NCBI RefSeq assembly: GCF_009834535.1 | Contig: NC_045707.1 | Coordinates: forward strand, 63,118,001-63,182,000 | DNA length: 64,000 nucleotides | Direction of reading: 5' to 3' | From: Camelus ferus | Lineage: Eukaryota | In this document: piece by piece, positions 1 to 13,254 of the stretch | Position numbering within the stretch: the stretch's first letter is position 1 | Layout: every line of letters begins with the position of its first letter | The notes under the pieces: model-generated | What the model was told of the DNA's origin: nothing | The model's input: only the letters and a program-made list of their open reading frames with translations | Databases searched by the model: none | Position numbers and translations under genes: made by a program

Positions 1-679
1 TATGCTTCCTTAGGACTTCAATGAATAAATTTGGAAACAACAGGAATCGTGAGACATAAATTTGAATTTTATTTTACTGATGCTATAATTAAAAAGTATT
101 AAAGTTAGAACTATTTACTACTGGGTTTTGTTTATGGGTAGTGTTGCTAGGATAACCCAAAAGAGAGAACAAAGGAAAACTACATAGACCTTGAAAGCTC
201 CAATACATGACTACAGGTTTCTCTTCACAGACAGGCATAAAAATCCAACTGTTCATGATACGAGTTGACCTTGACCCGGTCTTGATCACCAATTTGAGCT
301 CTTGGTTCCCTCCCTAATTCAGAATGAAGTTCAAGTTTATGTTTCAAACAGGCTGAAATGGCAATCACCCAGGCTTAGGAAGCAGCTCCAATTTGCCTAC
401 CTCGGTGTCCAAGGCAGACAGCACGTCTTCTCGGACTCCCACCCAACCCAGTGTTGGGGTGTTACTGGAATTCTAAACATGTCACCTCTTTTTTTCCACA
501 ATAAAACCCAAATGTTTTCCTTAGCTCTGTTAGCCTTCCTCTTACACAAAATGGTCATATTTTGAATTGAGGGTATTTGGCTTTGTCTTGGTAGAATTAC
601 AAAAAAAACTTAAAGAACAGTGAATGTGGTTTTTCTTTTTTTCTTTTTCTTTTTCTTTTCTTTTTTTTTTTTTGATGGT

Positions 680-770
680 CAGTCATTTATTTACTTATTC
701 CACACAGTGTATGGTGCACTTTGCATGTGCCAGGTAGCTTTCAAGGTGCTAGGGAAACAGAGGTAGAAAA
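680..770 (-). mobile_element. L2 LINE 3' end fragment
   Basis: cattta...tgtgccaggta...gtgctagggaaacagagg resembles the reverse complement of the L2 3' terminus. Confidence 0.5.
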
Positions 771-809
771 AAGGTTACTGAAAACAACTGCAAACACTGA
801 GATGTGATT

Positions 810-945
810 TGTGTAGGAAGGTTTCTGTGATTAAAACTGTGGAATTCTTGGGATAATAACCACTTGACAAGATGAATCAAACATTCAGTATGAGATTAGA
901 TAAGCAGACTTTTAAGTTCCTTTCAAACCTCCAAGTCAATGAACA
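810..945 (+). mobile_element. L3/CR1 LINE 3' end fragment
   Basis: gattagataagcagacttttaagttcctttcaaacctccaagtcaatga resembles the CR1/L3 (or MIR3) terminus. Confidence 0.4.
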
Positions 946-1224
946 TGGAAATGGCTGGAGTTAACGGACCTGAAATGGAAATTTATATTTACATTTGCGT
1001 GTATGGAAGCCAATCAGCAATAGACTGGACATTATAATATTGAAGTAGAAGAATGGTTTAATATTAACTGTAAAGAGAATTGTGGGTTCTCTACCCAAAA
1101 TATTTCAGAAAGAGTACAGTTTTTATAGAAGAATAAAACAAAGGTGACCACTAGAATATTCTTAAGGAACAAAACCAACAATGTCAACCAATTAGACGTT
1201 TAAAGCATGTTAAGCAAAAGTATA

Positions 1225-1477
1225 TTCTGATAAAGTGCAGGAATGGGAGCCTGACTGTCTTTGTCCAAATCCAGGCTCCAATGCTCCCTAGCTATGATCT
1301 TCAGCAGGTTACTTACCCTCTTTGTGCCTGTCTTCACATCTATAAAATATGGATAATAAAAGTATGTGATGCACAGAGTTTTTCTGAGAAATAAATGATT
1401 TAATATCTGTACACAGTTAAAAAAGTGAAGCATGCCTAACACAGTACTGTCTGTTCTGTAGATGTCAGCTGCTATCA
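1225..1477 (+). mobile_element. MIR SINE
   Basis: MIR core (caaatccaggctcc...ggttacttaccctctttgtgcctg...catctataaaatatggataataa) and tail (atgcctaacacagt...tgtcagctgctatca). Confidence 0.8.
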
Positions 1478-1628
1478 CCTCTTTTTTTAATTTTAATTTT
1501 TTTTAATTCTTTTTGCTGGGGGAGGTAATTAGGTTTTTATTTATTTATTTTAATGGAGGTACTGGAGATTGAACCCAGAACTTAGTGCATGCTAGTCACG
1601 TGCTCTACCACTGAGCTATACCCTCCCC
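1478..1628 (-). mobile_element. vic-1-type camelid tRNA-derived SINE
   Basis: Reverse complement reads ggggagggtatagctcagtggtagagcacgtg...gggttcaatctccagtacctcc plus an A-rich tail with the cctaattacctcccc motif. TSD agctgctatca at 1467-1477 and 1630-1640. Confidence 0.9.
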
Positions 1629-1849
1629 TAGCTGCTATCATCTTTTTAATCATTTCAGGCTACAGGCTGGAAAATGGAATAACAAAAGGAAAAGCATCAT
1701 TAATAAAAATTAAAGAACATACTACATGAAAACAATACTATCTGCCTTCCTTTTAGCGCTGTGTAAGTTGCTGTATATTTCATTTCATTCAATCTCATGA
1801 CGTGTATGAGCTAGACGTTAACATCATCATTTAAGAAATCAAAACACTG

Positions 1850-3385
1850 GAACTCAGAGACCCCAGTCCTCGTCCAAACCCTACACCTGTGCACACAATT
1901 GCTGACCCAAATCCAGTATCTACGAGATGACACACAGTTAACTGAGTCATGCTCAAAGCTGAGCTCATTGTCCTCCCCCATACTGAGACAGGAAGGGGGC
2001 AGGCACAGCCATTCAAGGAATGCTACAGCAGTTAACATCAAATGATGGAAGATTCAACCCCCAGTAGCCTTGAGGCTCAAGATGGTGGGAGATTTGACTT
2101 CTAGCAGATCTTGAGCTTCATTATACGCCAATTGTAATATATTAACATGGTGAATAACACGCCCACAGGCACCGGCAGTCCCAGGGCGAGCCACAAAAGG
2201 TCAAAGAGTGGGAAATGGCCAACTTCCTGGGAATCCCAGCCCCTTCCCCAGGCTAGTTAGGCTGGTCCTTCCACTTATTAGCATATGAAGCCACTGAGCC
2301 CATAAAAACTGGCAACATGGTGCCTCGCGGCCTCCAGCCTCTCTCTGCCCGTTTGGAGACAGCCCACACTCTGTCTACAGAGTGTGTACCTACTTTTACT
2401 CTAATCTGGGCACCCAACTCCCACCACCTCATGGCCTTTCTCTTGCCTTTTGATGTATCTCTCTAAATAAATCTACCTTTACTCAACTGTGGCTCACTCT
2501 TGAATTCTTTCCTGTGCGAAGCCAAGGACCCACACTTGGCGGGGCACATCCCAGGGGCTCAACCAAAGCCTGGGACATGCCCTCCTCATGCCCCACATCC
2601 ATTTTTCCTGCATCAACACCATCTCCTTTTGGCAGCTCTTCCCCAGTGATGACCCTTCCATCTACCTCAACCAAGGGATCATCCTTGATGCCTCTCTCTC
2701 TCTTTCTGCCACATTCAGGTACTGATCCAAATCCTAAATATGCCCCCAGCATTCCCCCATCCTTTTAAGTTTGACAGCCACTCTACAGTATCTTGCCCAG
2801 ATGCCTGCTACTGCTCCTGCTTCTGCTTTGTCTCTTTCAAATCAAATCTCTGTCATGGAGCCACACATGGATTCTTTTCATCAAATACACACATGAATCC
2901 CTGCTGCATTCAGAATACAGTCCAAACACCCTACTGTAACTTAAAGGCGTCCCTCATGGTCTGGTCCCTCTCTGCCTCTCCAACCCCATCTGTTACTTCG
3001 TTGTCCTCTAACTCAACTTAGCCCTTCCAGCTTTCTGGCAGATGCCTAAGGCATACTTCCTCCCTTTTCTAGTTCTCTGCACAGTCTTTTCTCCTTTACC
3101 TATTTAAATTCAATTCACTCTCCAGGAGCCAAATTGGATATATTTCCTCCAGGAATCCTTTCCTGCCCATTCCCACTCCTTTCCCAATTCTGAGTTAAGT
3201 ACCCCTCTTATATTCTCACATGTCTCACCATATAAGAGCATTTATCACACTGTAGTATAATTGCCTGTTTATTAGTTTGACTGCTTACGTAGTCTACAAA
3301 CTCCATGAGATTAAGGACCTTTTTATTCCTACTTACAACTCTTTAACCAGCATCACAGGAGATGCTGAATATATTTGTGTGATTT
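1850..3385 (+). mobile_element. L2 LINE, split by the LTR at 1984-2615
   Basis: Pyrimidine-rich L2 3' region (catgctcaaagctgagctcattgtcctcc; aaactccatgagattaaggacc; tgctgaatatatttg) lies on both sides of the LTR. Confidence 0.7.
1984..2615 (+). mobile_element. ERV1 solo LTR, MER41-like
   Basis: TG...CA ends with a near-identical 4-bp TSD (atac/acac). CATAAAA TATA-like box near 2301 and AATAAA at 2466-2471. Motifs ttagcatat, cataaaaactggcaac, ctctgtcta and tgaattctttcctgtgcgaagccaaggaccc are collinear with recalled MER41 consensus. Confidence 0.85.
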
Positions 3386-3989
3386 CTGTCTTTCCTTATG
3401 CAATATGCCTTTCCACTGACAGCTGACAATGCAGTAAACAGAGATTTCTTGTACCTATCAGGTTCCCCCAAAACGTCATATGAAAACACTAACATGGGAC
3501 TTAATATACTATCTCAGTGCATATGTGTCAGATATACAAGTTGCATTGGTGTATGCAATTGGCTATGATGTCATCAAAAGCCTATGAACTATTGGGTATG
3601 AGACCACGTTTTGTTTTACTTGCTTTGCTTACAAATGACACGGTTCATAAGATTTCGTATCTAAAAGCCAGTGGGACAAATAACAAGTGGAAAATGTAAA
3701 CAGTGAGCCGAGGAAGTAAAGAACTATTCTTTTAAAATTCATATGGAAATAATTATAGAATACTGGCTCTCCTATTAATGAGCCCTGCAGCATTCATGAA
3801 CCTTTCAGCCAGTTAAACCAGAGTGTTAGCTGTATAAATGGTTCATTTCTCAGGACATGAAGGGGCAGTTTGATAAAAACCAAAGATATATGGATTGATT
3901 TATATGTGCTTAGTGACAAATAACAAATAAATCCACTCTGGAATGACCATTTTTAATGACAGGTTTTATTCTTTCCTATTATAAGGAGG

Positions 3990-4467
3990 TAAGACAGAGC
4001 TGCAGCTCTTTCCCTCTGGAATTCTGTTGGCCCCACCTTTATCTATATTTTGGTTTCATCGTCAGATTTTGGGGCTAGATGAGTGCAGCAATTCCAAGAA
4101 CCCCATTCAGATGTGACATTGCACAGAGGAAGAGATGGAATTCCTTCCTGAGAATCTCTTTTTAAGAATCTGGAAAATGTTTCCTCAAATGCTACGTCAA
4201 ACTCCCTATGATTTCCATTTGTCAGAATTGCATCATGTACTCGCAGAAATCTGTTAATGAAGCTTCAAGGAGTACTGTTTTGGGATTGCACAAGCCAGGA
4301 CCCAATCCTGTGAAGGGTATGATGATACAGATTACATCTAGATGGGTGAGAACCTGAACAAAATCAGAATTTGGTTAAAAAAAATTTCTGGAAGACTTGG
4401 CTTAAAAATTCTTGGGGAATGAAGAGGAAGCAAGCTTACGGGAAACCCACCAATAGTGTTTCCTCCA
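3990..4467 (-). mobile_element. MaLR (MLT1-type) LTR, old
   Basis: atttgtcagaattgcatcatg, acctgaacaaaatcagaatttggtt and ccaccaatagtgtttcctcca resemble reverse-complemented MLT1. Confidence 0.55.
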
Positions 4468-4633
4468 ATGAGACAAGGGCTGCCAAGTCTGGGCCTCAGT
4501 GACACCGGGAAGTAGAACCCCTTCTACTTGTAAGACTAGTCTGGGAAATGACAGGTACATTCAGGTATTGATTTTTCTGACTATGTGACAAGAAGTCTGA
4601 AGCAAGGGTTTGAAATATTATTCATTTCTAAAC

Positions 4634-5153
4634 TGTAGTGGGCGTTTGTCATTCTTTTGGCTTTCCAGCATTCAAACCCCACTTGTATATGGAGGCAATA
4701 ACTCATCAGGGAATCCTGGAGGAAGGTGAGGGTGAGCGATACCTCTCACTTGAAATGGAAGGGACAAAATTCTAAATCCTCCCTCTCCACTCCCCCCGGC
4801 AGCTAAAGCATGGACACAGGTGGGCACTTCATCCCGGGACTGTGACTCCTACAGGATCAATACAAAGGAGCAGAAACAGCTGAAATCACACTCCCTGCGA
4901 TGGTGACACCAACAGTCCAGATACAGCCACGCTAATGGCAGCAACCAAGCCAGCCAGTCCTGTGGCATGACCTGGACTATGTTTCCTAATTTCTGAATCC
5001 CACCTTCGTCCCTGTTACCTGTTTTGCAAGCCTGAGTCTCCAGCTTTCCCAGTGATTCCAATGGCTACCTTATATTCCAAAAAAAATTCCTTTACGCTTA
5101 ATTTAGCCAGAGTTTGTCTCTGTTGCTTGCAACCCAAAACCCTGACTGATACA
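4634..5153 (+). mobile_element. ERVL LTR (LTR33-like)
   Basis: Begins tgtagtgg and ends aaattcctttacgcttaatttagccagagtttgtctctgttgcttgcaacccaaaaccctgactgataca, typical of the LTR33/LTR16 group. Confidence 0.8.
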
Positions 5154-5475
5154 ACACACATGGATGATACACACAAAATAAAGACATCTTAAATTCTCTT
5201 GGTCACCTCAGCGAGAAAAATGGAAATTATCCCTCACGACTTCTGCAAAATGAAAATATAAATCTACTAGGCTTTTATTATTAAGGATATTAAATATGGG
5301 AGGGGAAGAGATGGAGACTTAAAAAAAGAAAAGAGGCAGACAAGAAGGTTGGAAATAAAGGTATGAAAGCTCTACAAAGAGGAGAACACATAGAGTGACG
5401 ACAATAAAAAATGAAACCATGTGAATCTTTTGTCTTAAAGCTTCTAGATTAAGGGCTTTTAAACTGGGAGCTATG

Positions 5476-5520
5476 ACATTAAATATTTGTAAGTGTCTAA
5501 CATTAAATATTTGTAAGTGT
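5476..5520. repeat. Tandem duplication, 24-bp period (21 bp identical)
   Basis: acattaaatatttgtaagtgt at 5476-5496 and 5500-5520. Confidence 0.95.
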
Positions 5521-6254
5521 GTGCATTATCAGAGTAAGGATCTCTTACACGGACCCACGGACAACAACAAAAGCAGATTTATGCTGCCGGAGGACAGCAG
5601 TGTCACACAAGGGCTGGATAAACCCATCTGAAGCCTGGCCGTGCACTTGAGAGGATGTTTCTAAATCCCCTGATGCTGAGAAATGGAAGCAAGAGACTAA
5701 AACACTGACAGATGACCAACTGAAACACGAGAATGGCAGACTACAGATCAAAGCGTGACTTTTGTTAACATCTGAAGACAGGATGGAAGTTATGAAATTA
5801 AGTAAAATTGAGTAGCAAAGCACTGAAAAAGCATCATGCAAAATAAAAGAATGTGTGCATTTTAATTCTATTAGATAAGAACGATGGATAAAGAAGTACA
5901 ATTATCAAATTTTTATTATTAAATTATAACAAGCTTCCAAGAAAGAAACCCAGTAAAACAGAAACTATTACCAAACTTTGGGAGGTACAGCAGTTTCTGA
6001 CCTCCAGGTACAGTTAAAAAAGAAAAAAAAAAAGAAAAAAAAAGAGGTGAAATTTAGGAAGGAAAGTTGTTTGACTAGACAGAATGACAATAGTTGATAA
6101 GTCAGTTATATCATTGTTTGCATGATTTTGGATTTTCATTTTTTTAAATGTGTGTTTAACCTTAATTTACTTTCACAAGTTGTTTACTTAGATATAGAAG
6201 TATTCAGATACTTCTGTAGGAAGAAAAGGGCATTTTACATGTTTTTAAAAACAT

Positions 6255-6440
6255 GGGGAGGGTATATAGCTCAAGTAGTAGAGCACGTGCTTAGCGTGCA
6301 TGAGGTCCTGGGTTCAACCCCCAGTATCTCCTCTAAAAAAATAAATAAATAAACTTAATTACCACCTCCTCACTGCCAAAATAAAATAATTAAAAAATAC
6401 AATAATAAATAAATAAAATATAACAGTAAAATGCTTTTAA
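6255..6440 (+). mobile_element. vic-1-type camelid SINE
   Basis: ggggagggtatatagctcaagtagtagagcacgtgcttagcgtgcatgaggtcctgggttcaacccccagtatctcc followed by a bipartite A-rich tail. Confidence 0.9.
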
Positions 6441-7099
6441 AAAATCCATTACTCCACATCATGAATGTAAATTTTGTAAAATCAGTACTTTCTTAAGGGG
6501 TTGTGAAAGATACCAGGAAAATCATAAAATTTTAAATCAAAACAACCTGCTAGCCCATGAAAGATTTTGTTTGTTTGTTTATCTTAAATTGCAGACAATG
6601 GCATATTCCTGCATCAGCTGTGTGTTCACATGCCACTTATTTTAGCAATGGTAGATGGTGCCATCGATGCTGCCACAAGCAGGAACGCTTCCAGAGGTGC
6701 CGTATGGGGCTGTTGAATTGTGCTCCGTTCCACAACAACTTGACAGGGTCCTACACCTGTCAGCCAAATAGTGTGAAAGTAAGTCTATAGGGGTGTCCTG
6801 AGGTCCTAAACTATCCCCACCTCTCAAGGCTGCTGCTAGCTTGAAATACGACTGAGACATAAAATGAATCTATTGGTAAAACTGAAGTTTGTGAATTGCT
6901 TTTTCTGAATGCCCCGGTAAAGGGCTTTGACCACAGCAAGCTCACAAAATAGATAAATTATATCCTGGCTGGTAAAAAATTCCCCGCCTTTCGTAAATGA
7001 AGATGCCGACTGACTGAAGGTCACGTACGCGGGGTTTTCTCACTCAGCCCCAGGTGCCGATGGCTAGTTGAGAAGAAAGTGAAACTCAGTTGAGAAAGA

Positions 7100-7337
7100 A
7101 GTGGTGTGCATATTCACAAAAACTAAGAATTCAGGCTAATCTTTACCAACCATGAGATCTTAGGTAAGAAGTCTATTTTCTCTAAACCTGAATTTCTTCA
7201 ACTGGAAAAATAGAGTAGATAATATAGTACTTACTTGAGAACAGTGTGCATAGAAAATGACATAAAACAAGTAAAGCACTTAGGAAAAAAAAAAAAAAAA
7301 GCCTGCCACACAAAGAACCCAAGAAACTAGTTATTTT
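7100..7337 (+). mobile_element. MIR SINE
   Basis: atcttaggtaag...tctctaaacctgaatttcttcaactggaaaaatag...gtaaagcacttagg...gcctgccacac. Confidence 0.7.
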
Positions 7338-8259
7338 AAGATCAAACTCAGGGGGAAAAAAAGCCTAAAGTCAACATCTTCAACCTAACCTCCGAGAGAA
7401 GTCAAAATGTTCCAGAAGCCCAGGGAAGTGAGATTAAGTGGACTAACTTGGAGGAGGAAATTTTTTTTTTAACTTTTAAAAAGTAAAATTGCAAGAAAAA
7501 AATGAGACCAAATCTTCTTTGGACTTGAGAAAAGCTTGGGAACCGTCTCCTGTCCAAGTCTGGAAAAAGAAAGAGGCTGGGGGTGTAGCACCCGGTTTTT
7601 CACAGAGGTCTACTGAGGTGAAATGACCACTGATGGGGGAGCTCACGAAATGGGGACACTAATTAGGCCACACCTAAGTGAGCACCGAAACAGCAAAGAC
7701 ACTAACCTTCAGGCCACCGACCAGCAAGGCAAGGCCTGGACAAGATGTATACCAAACACTCGAGCCACGTGCACGATCTCACTTCTTTCCCATGAAACTA
7801 GTAAGACTGCCTTTCAGTGTGGATGAGAACAGAGGTTCTTCACCACGTGTTCTAGACTGATCAAGTTCCCTGGAACATTCTCCTACCAATGGGCATGACC
7901 TAAGAGAATTCAATAAGGACAGATTAAATTTCCCATATGCTCAAAAACATGGGGGATTTCTTCCATTTGGTGTTAAAATCACATATACTTGCTAATATGT
8001 TATGTATTGTTAGCATTATTAATGGTAGGTAATTGTCTATCAGATCCTTCCCGTTTTTGTGTCCCTGGATATCCAGCTTCTATTGCATCTTAATCAGGTC
8101 CAGCAAATAGCCTCATCTTCTCGGCAGCTCTGTCCTTTAATTATACTAGCTGGCAAAAAACCCAGTCCTGGATGAATCTGAGTATTTGCCTTCTCCAAAC
8201 CTGCACCCATGCAGCTGAGCATCACAGGAGAAAATAATGCAACTGAGCAGTTGAGTTTT

Positions 8260-9885
8260 ATTATAAATTCATAATCACCAAACCCAATGCTCAATACTTT
8301 CAGGAAGCCTTCCTACTCTTCCCAATTTTCAGTCTTCAAACCTCTCATACTGCCCAGAATTACCTCACTGTCAGCCATTGACCTTACTTCAAATAACACT
8401 CAAAAAAAAAAAAAAAATCATCAGAAAAGGGGCTCTTTTATTTTCTCATGTCCAAATCTCCAAATTTATTGGAACTATCTGTCTCTCCTATCAATGACCA
8501 GTCTTTGCACCTTCTTAAGAAACAGACTCCCAGGAATCTCTTACTTGTCCAGCATTAGCAAACTCTTCTGTCCTGACTCCTTCTTTACTAGCCTAAAACT
8601 AGTACAACTGACTTCCCATCTTTAAAAACAAAACAAAATAAAAACTTTCCTTAGCCCTCATCCCCCTCTAACTATATACCCTGTTTTTCCTGATCTCCTT
8701 TCTTGGCAGATTTTAAAATTTTCTTCTACATACACTGCCCCCATTTAAGAATTTTCCCATTCACTGTTTAACCCATTCCACTAAAATCATTAAATTTGCA
8801 AGATGCCAAAAGGACACTTTGCGGTCTTTATTCCACTCCACCTCTCCTTGATCACTTTCTTATTTTTGAAATATTTTTTTTTTCCTTGACATGAGTGACA
8901 CCACACCCTTCGTGTTCTGCCTGCTTCTTGAACTCCTTCACCTCAGTCTCTCATTGGTCCCTCCTCTACCCTCAACCTCCAACTGCTACAGCCCTTCAGG
9001 ACTTGGTCTCAGGACTTCAACCTCAGAATCATTCACAGGCATCTTTTTTTCCTCATCTTTCATACCACACTCTTTATCCAATCTACCCCAGGTCTATTTC
9101 ATTCTACCTTCAAAAAACATTTTGAACCCATCCACGTCGCTGCATATCTACTGACTATGTAAACCTCTACCCTCTCTCACCTGAATATTAAAATATCTTC
9201 CTAATTTTATTAACTGATTCCTCTTTTGATATGCTGATTACCCCCATCCCAATGTATTATTACAATTAGCCAGATAACTATTTTAAATATAAATAGAGCC
9301 ATGCCACTTCCCAGTTTAAAACTGTTTAATAGCATCCCACTGCACTCAGAATAAAATTCAGCCTTCTTAAGGTATTTTTGCACTACACAATTACCTCCCG
9401 CCTTCCTCTTCTATCTCATCTCTTGTCCTTACTAACTCTGCTCATCTATACCAGTTTCTTTCTTTCCCTTGAACATGCTCAGTTCTTTCCCTCAGCCCTT
9501 TGTAGAAGCCCTTCCATCTTTCTGGAATGATCTCCCCTCACCTCCAGCAACTTCTCATCCTTCAGAACTCCATACACATACCTTCTTCTCAAGACGGATT
9601 TTCTAAACATCCAACATAAAGTTGCCTGACCCACCTACCCCTATGTTCTCTAACAACATCCTATTTTTTTCCTTCCTAGCAGTTATCATATTTAGTAAAT
9701 ATATATGTATTTACTTTTCTCCTATTTAGCATCAGTCTTATTATATGATTCATGAGATCAGGGGGCGGACCTGCTGTGTGCAGCATGCCCTGAATACTTG
9801 GTATTTACAGTGTCTGGCAGTGAGTGGGTATGTAATAAATATGTGGGGGATATATGAATAACTCAACAAATCTGATGAGTGAACA
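8260..9885 (+). mobile_element. L2 LINE (long 3' portion)
   Basis: Extended C/T-rich L2-like sequence ending tacagtgtctggcagtgagtgggtatgtaataaatatgtg...gaat. Confidence 0.75.
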
Positions 9886-10469
9886 ACGTGGATATAAAAC
9901 TAAGTAGAGCTGATGCAGGAAGAGAAATCACAAGTTTGATTTATTAGCACAAAGCGTTAAGAAAAGATTTTAACACTAGGATGAGTTACTGCTCTTAAGG
10001 GAAAAAATAATCTGTAACATAATCACAGGGAGAGACCTTGAGCAGAAGAGAAAAGTGAACATAAGAGACTGACTGCAAAAGGAAATGAGATGCAGGAAGA
10101 TAAATGAATATCCCCATTTCTCTGAGTGCCACACGAACACAGAGACTTCTCTTCCATAGACAGAAACACAGAGGTAGATCAACATGGAATTCTGAATGCA
10201 TTTGAATCTCTTGTAAGACAGGCTCCAAATATATAACTTAGGATATGTCTTTACAGTACTCCTGTTAAGCCACTAGTTTGTAACATGTGGTTTTTCCGTG
10301 ACAATAATTTTGATATTTAGGTTACAAAGGGAAAAAGAATTTGTAGAAATATGTTTTGGTTCGTTATTTTTATTTTTTAACTACTCACGTAAAGTTATGA
10401 AAAGGGAGTAAAACTTCCATTTTTTTAAACGGGTAAAATGCATGGGTAAATATGTCATAAGAAAGTAAG

Positions 10470-10900
10470 TGAAAAAGTGAAGTATAAGAGAGCGTATGAA
10501 AAGTTTTCAACTTCACTTGTGATAAAAATACATACACTGAAACAACTGGGTAATTTCTACTTATTAAATAAGTAAGAAACTTATTTAGAAAATAAGACCT
10601 GATGTTGTTTGTTTAGTGTGCTATAAAAAGAGAACTTTCAAACTTTGTTTCTACTAATATATATTGACTTAATATTCTAGAAGAAAAATCGGTAATGTAC
10701 TTTCAGAAATGTAGATGAAAAGACAATCAAAATATAATGGAAAAAATCTATCATTTAAAGAGTATTACAATGTTGTTTATTTAACAAAAACTGGAAACAA
10801 AGCTAAATGTTCACCAACAAAGGAAAAACTAAATATATTATGGAACATCTATGTCCTACTCCTAGTATTAAACTATGTAATAGAGTCACCAAGCAAATGA
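10470..10900 (+). mobile_element. Old L1 (L1M-type) ORF2 3' fragment
   Basis: tatgaaaagttttcaacttcact, aaaaactggaaacaaagctaaatgttcaccaaca and atatattatggaacat resemble the L1 ORF2 end. Confidence 0.65.
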
Positions 10901-13254
10901 CAAGTCATCAATATGAATGACAAGGAAAAGAATCTTCCCAACTTAGAAGGATTTTTTTTTTTAGCAGCAAAGCTTTCAACATTGTCAAATATGTAGTTCT
11001 AGGCTATTACATGAATATTCTGAAAAGAGGACATCAAATAAGAGGAAAAAAAAAACAAGTTTAAAAAAGAAAATGAAGGAAAACTGCTGACACAAGAGCC
11101 AAGTAGGTTAGAAAAAAAATGCCTCTAAGGCAAGTTGACTGTACTTCTGAACTAGAGATCTAACCAAAGTAAGGTTTACAAGGAGTGAGAGAATTTGTAG
11201 AGAGCCACACCCCAGTGAGTGCATATTTAAAGATCAAATTACACTTATACCAATATATAAATATATTACTCATGAAATAAATGTGTCTAATCATTTCTCA
11301 AATACATTTTAAATAAAGTTATCATAAACATCATTTTATAGTATCAACCCTGTTAAAATATATAACATAGCTCAAGCTTTTAACTAACAGGTAAAAGAAA
11401 ACCCATAAGTATATATTTACAAGGCCTCCCGTTAAGCTGGGTAAACGCTTGTGGGATGACCAAATAGAGGTTTATGTCATTTAATAATGAGGGTTTTTCA
11501 GTTAATTCTGTATAGTCACAGTAGTCAATTAACAACATTTAATTCAGAGCAAAATGAAAGAGATTCAACTGGTAGCTGTACATAAACAAGTTCATTCTTT
11601 TTCTACGATTGAGAAGTATGAATAGCTATTGATACGTAATTTTTTAAACACCTTTTTAAAAATTAGAGATAGTAGTCTTGATTCTCAAATCCATGGAATC
11701 TTTCCTTAAAATTAATATTTTCTCTATAGTATACTCATTAACTTTAGCTTTGTAGTTAGGTCTTTAATGAGTTAAATGCTAATGAGGTCAAAACCAATGG
11801 CTAAACACCAGCACGGACAGCATTATGATCATATGGTATTGAGTAACCACAAAAAATTATTATAAAGTGTTAACCTTTCAACCTATACCATATCTAAAAC
11901 TGCACAGAAACACGGAGAAAGATGAACCAAAACCATCGACGGTCATTCAATTTTAGATTAAGCATGATTCAGCAGCCATCTGGATGAAAACACAGTACTA
12001 TCTTTTCAAAAAGGAAATTAACTTTGACACACTGTCTCTGTTCCTCCGTTATTGCCTGACTTTTCATTTACCTGGAAATCCCCCTGCAAGGGGACAAACA
12101 CTCACAAACACAAGCTTGCACTTACCAAATAAAAATCCTGTACACACAACGCTAAGATACAACCTCGTGTCGGAACACGAGTTATTGAGTATGTTGTTGC
12201 TGCTAATAACCCCTACAGCTTTGTGCTGTCATTACCTTCAGGCAATCAGGATTTTTATGAGCACAGACCAATAATAATGATATTTCCCTTTTGCTTTTTA
12301 TCCACACCTCATTGCCTTACATTGATTTGCATAAGCAATTTCCACCCTGATAATTGGAGCCAAATATCTTTTTGTAGGTTACCTTATGGAAAAGAGCAGT
12401 TAAATACTAATCAAGAGGAATCTTTCTTTATTCAACCATATTTTAAATGATATTGAATTATCCTCATTGGATGAGCAAGAAGGTGACTCACTTTCTGACA
12501 CGAATTTCAGAGTCTGATTTGAGTTTATATCAAGCTTAACAGTGATTTTTTTTGCATAATTTCAACTCTCTGGTGTTGCCACATAGCAACATGAAGAATG
12601 GTACCACCAGGCTCAAATCATTAAAACAATACTGTTTTGTTTGAACAGAAAAAGCAGTAGAACTGTGTACTAATTATTTTTTTAATAGCTACAGAGTCAG
12701 TCAATGTTATCTGAGGATTTCAAATTTATAGCTTTATTCTTTTATTCCTGGAAAACTCAGAGAAAAAGAAAAACAATGTAACTAGGGAGATAAAAACAAG
12801 GAAAAATAAAATAAGAAAGGTCAAAGTCATGTGAAACAGTTCTATCTAAAATAATCCTTATTTGATTTATTAACTTGAAGAGTAAGCCTAGAATTCTTAC
12901 GTAAAATTGGGGATTTGAGCTGTGGAAGCTTAAATTATAAAAACAGGGTAAAAAAAGTAGGTCGTAATTTATTAATCAAATGCATAAGCATTGCTACATA
13001 TGGGTGAGAATGAATGTGTATGTACTTAAACAATAAGAAGCCTAGGAAATGAAAGATGTGATCATTGTGGAAAGATTCATCAATTCTTACTGTATTAGGG
13101 GTTGAGCATGGGGTGAACTAAGATGAAACACAGTGTCACCAAAGCCAACAGAAAAAAGTAAGTCAAAGGACTTCTGGATTAAGATGGCGAATTGAACAAG
13201 CACATTTAATTTCACTCTCTTCCAAAACCTGGCTAGAACTACATTGGATGAAAA

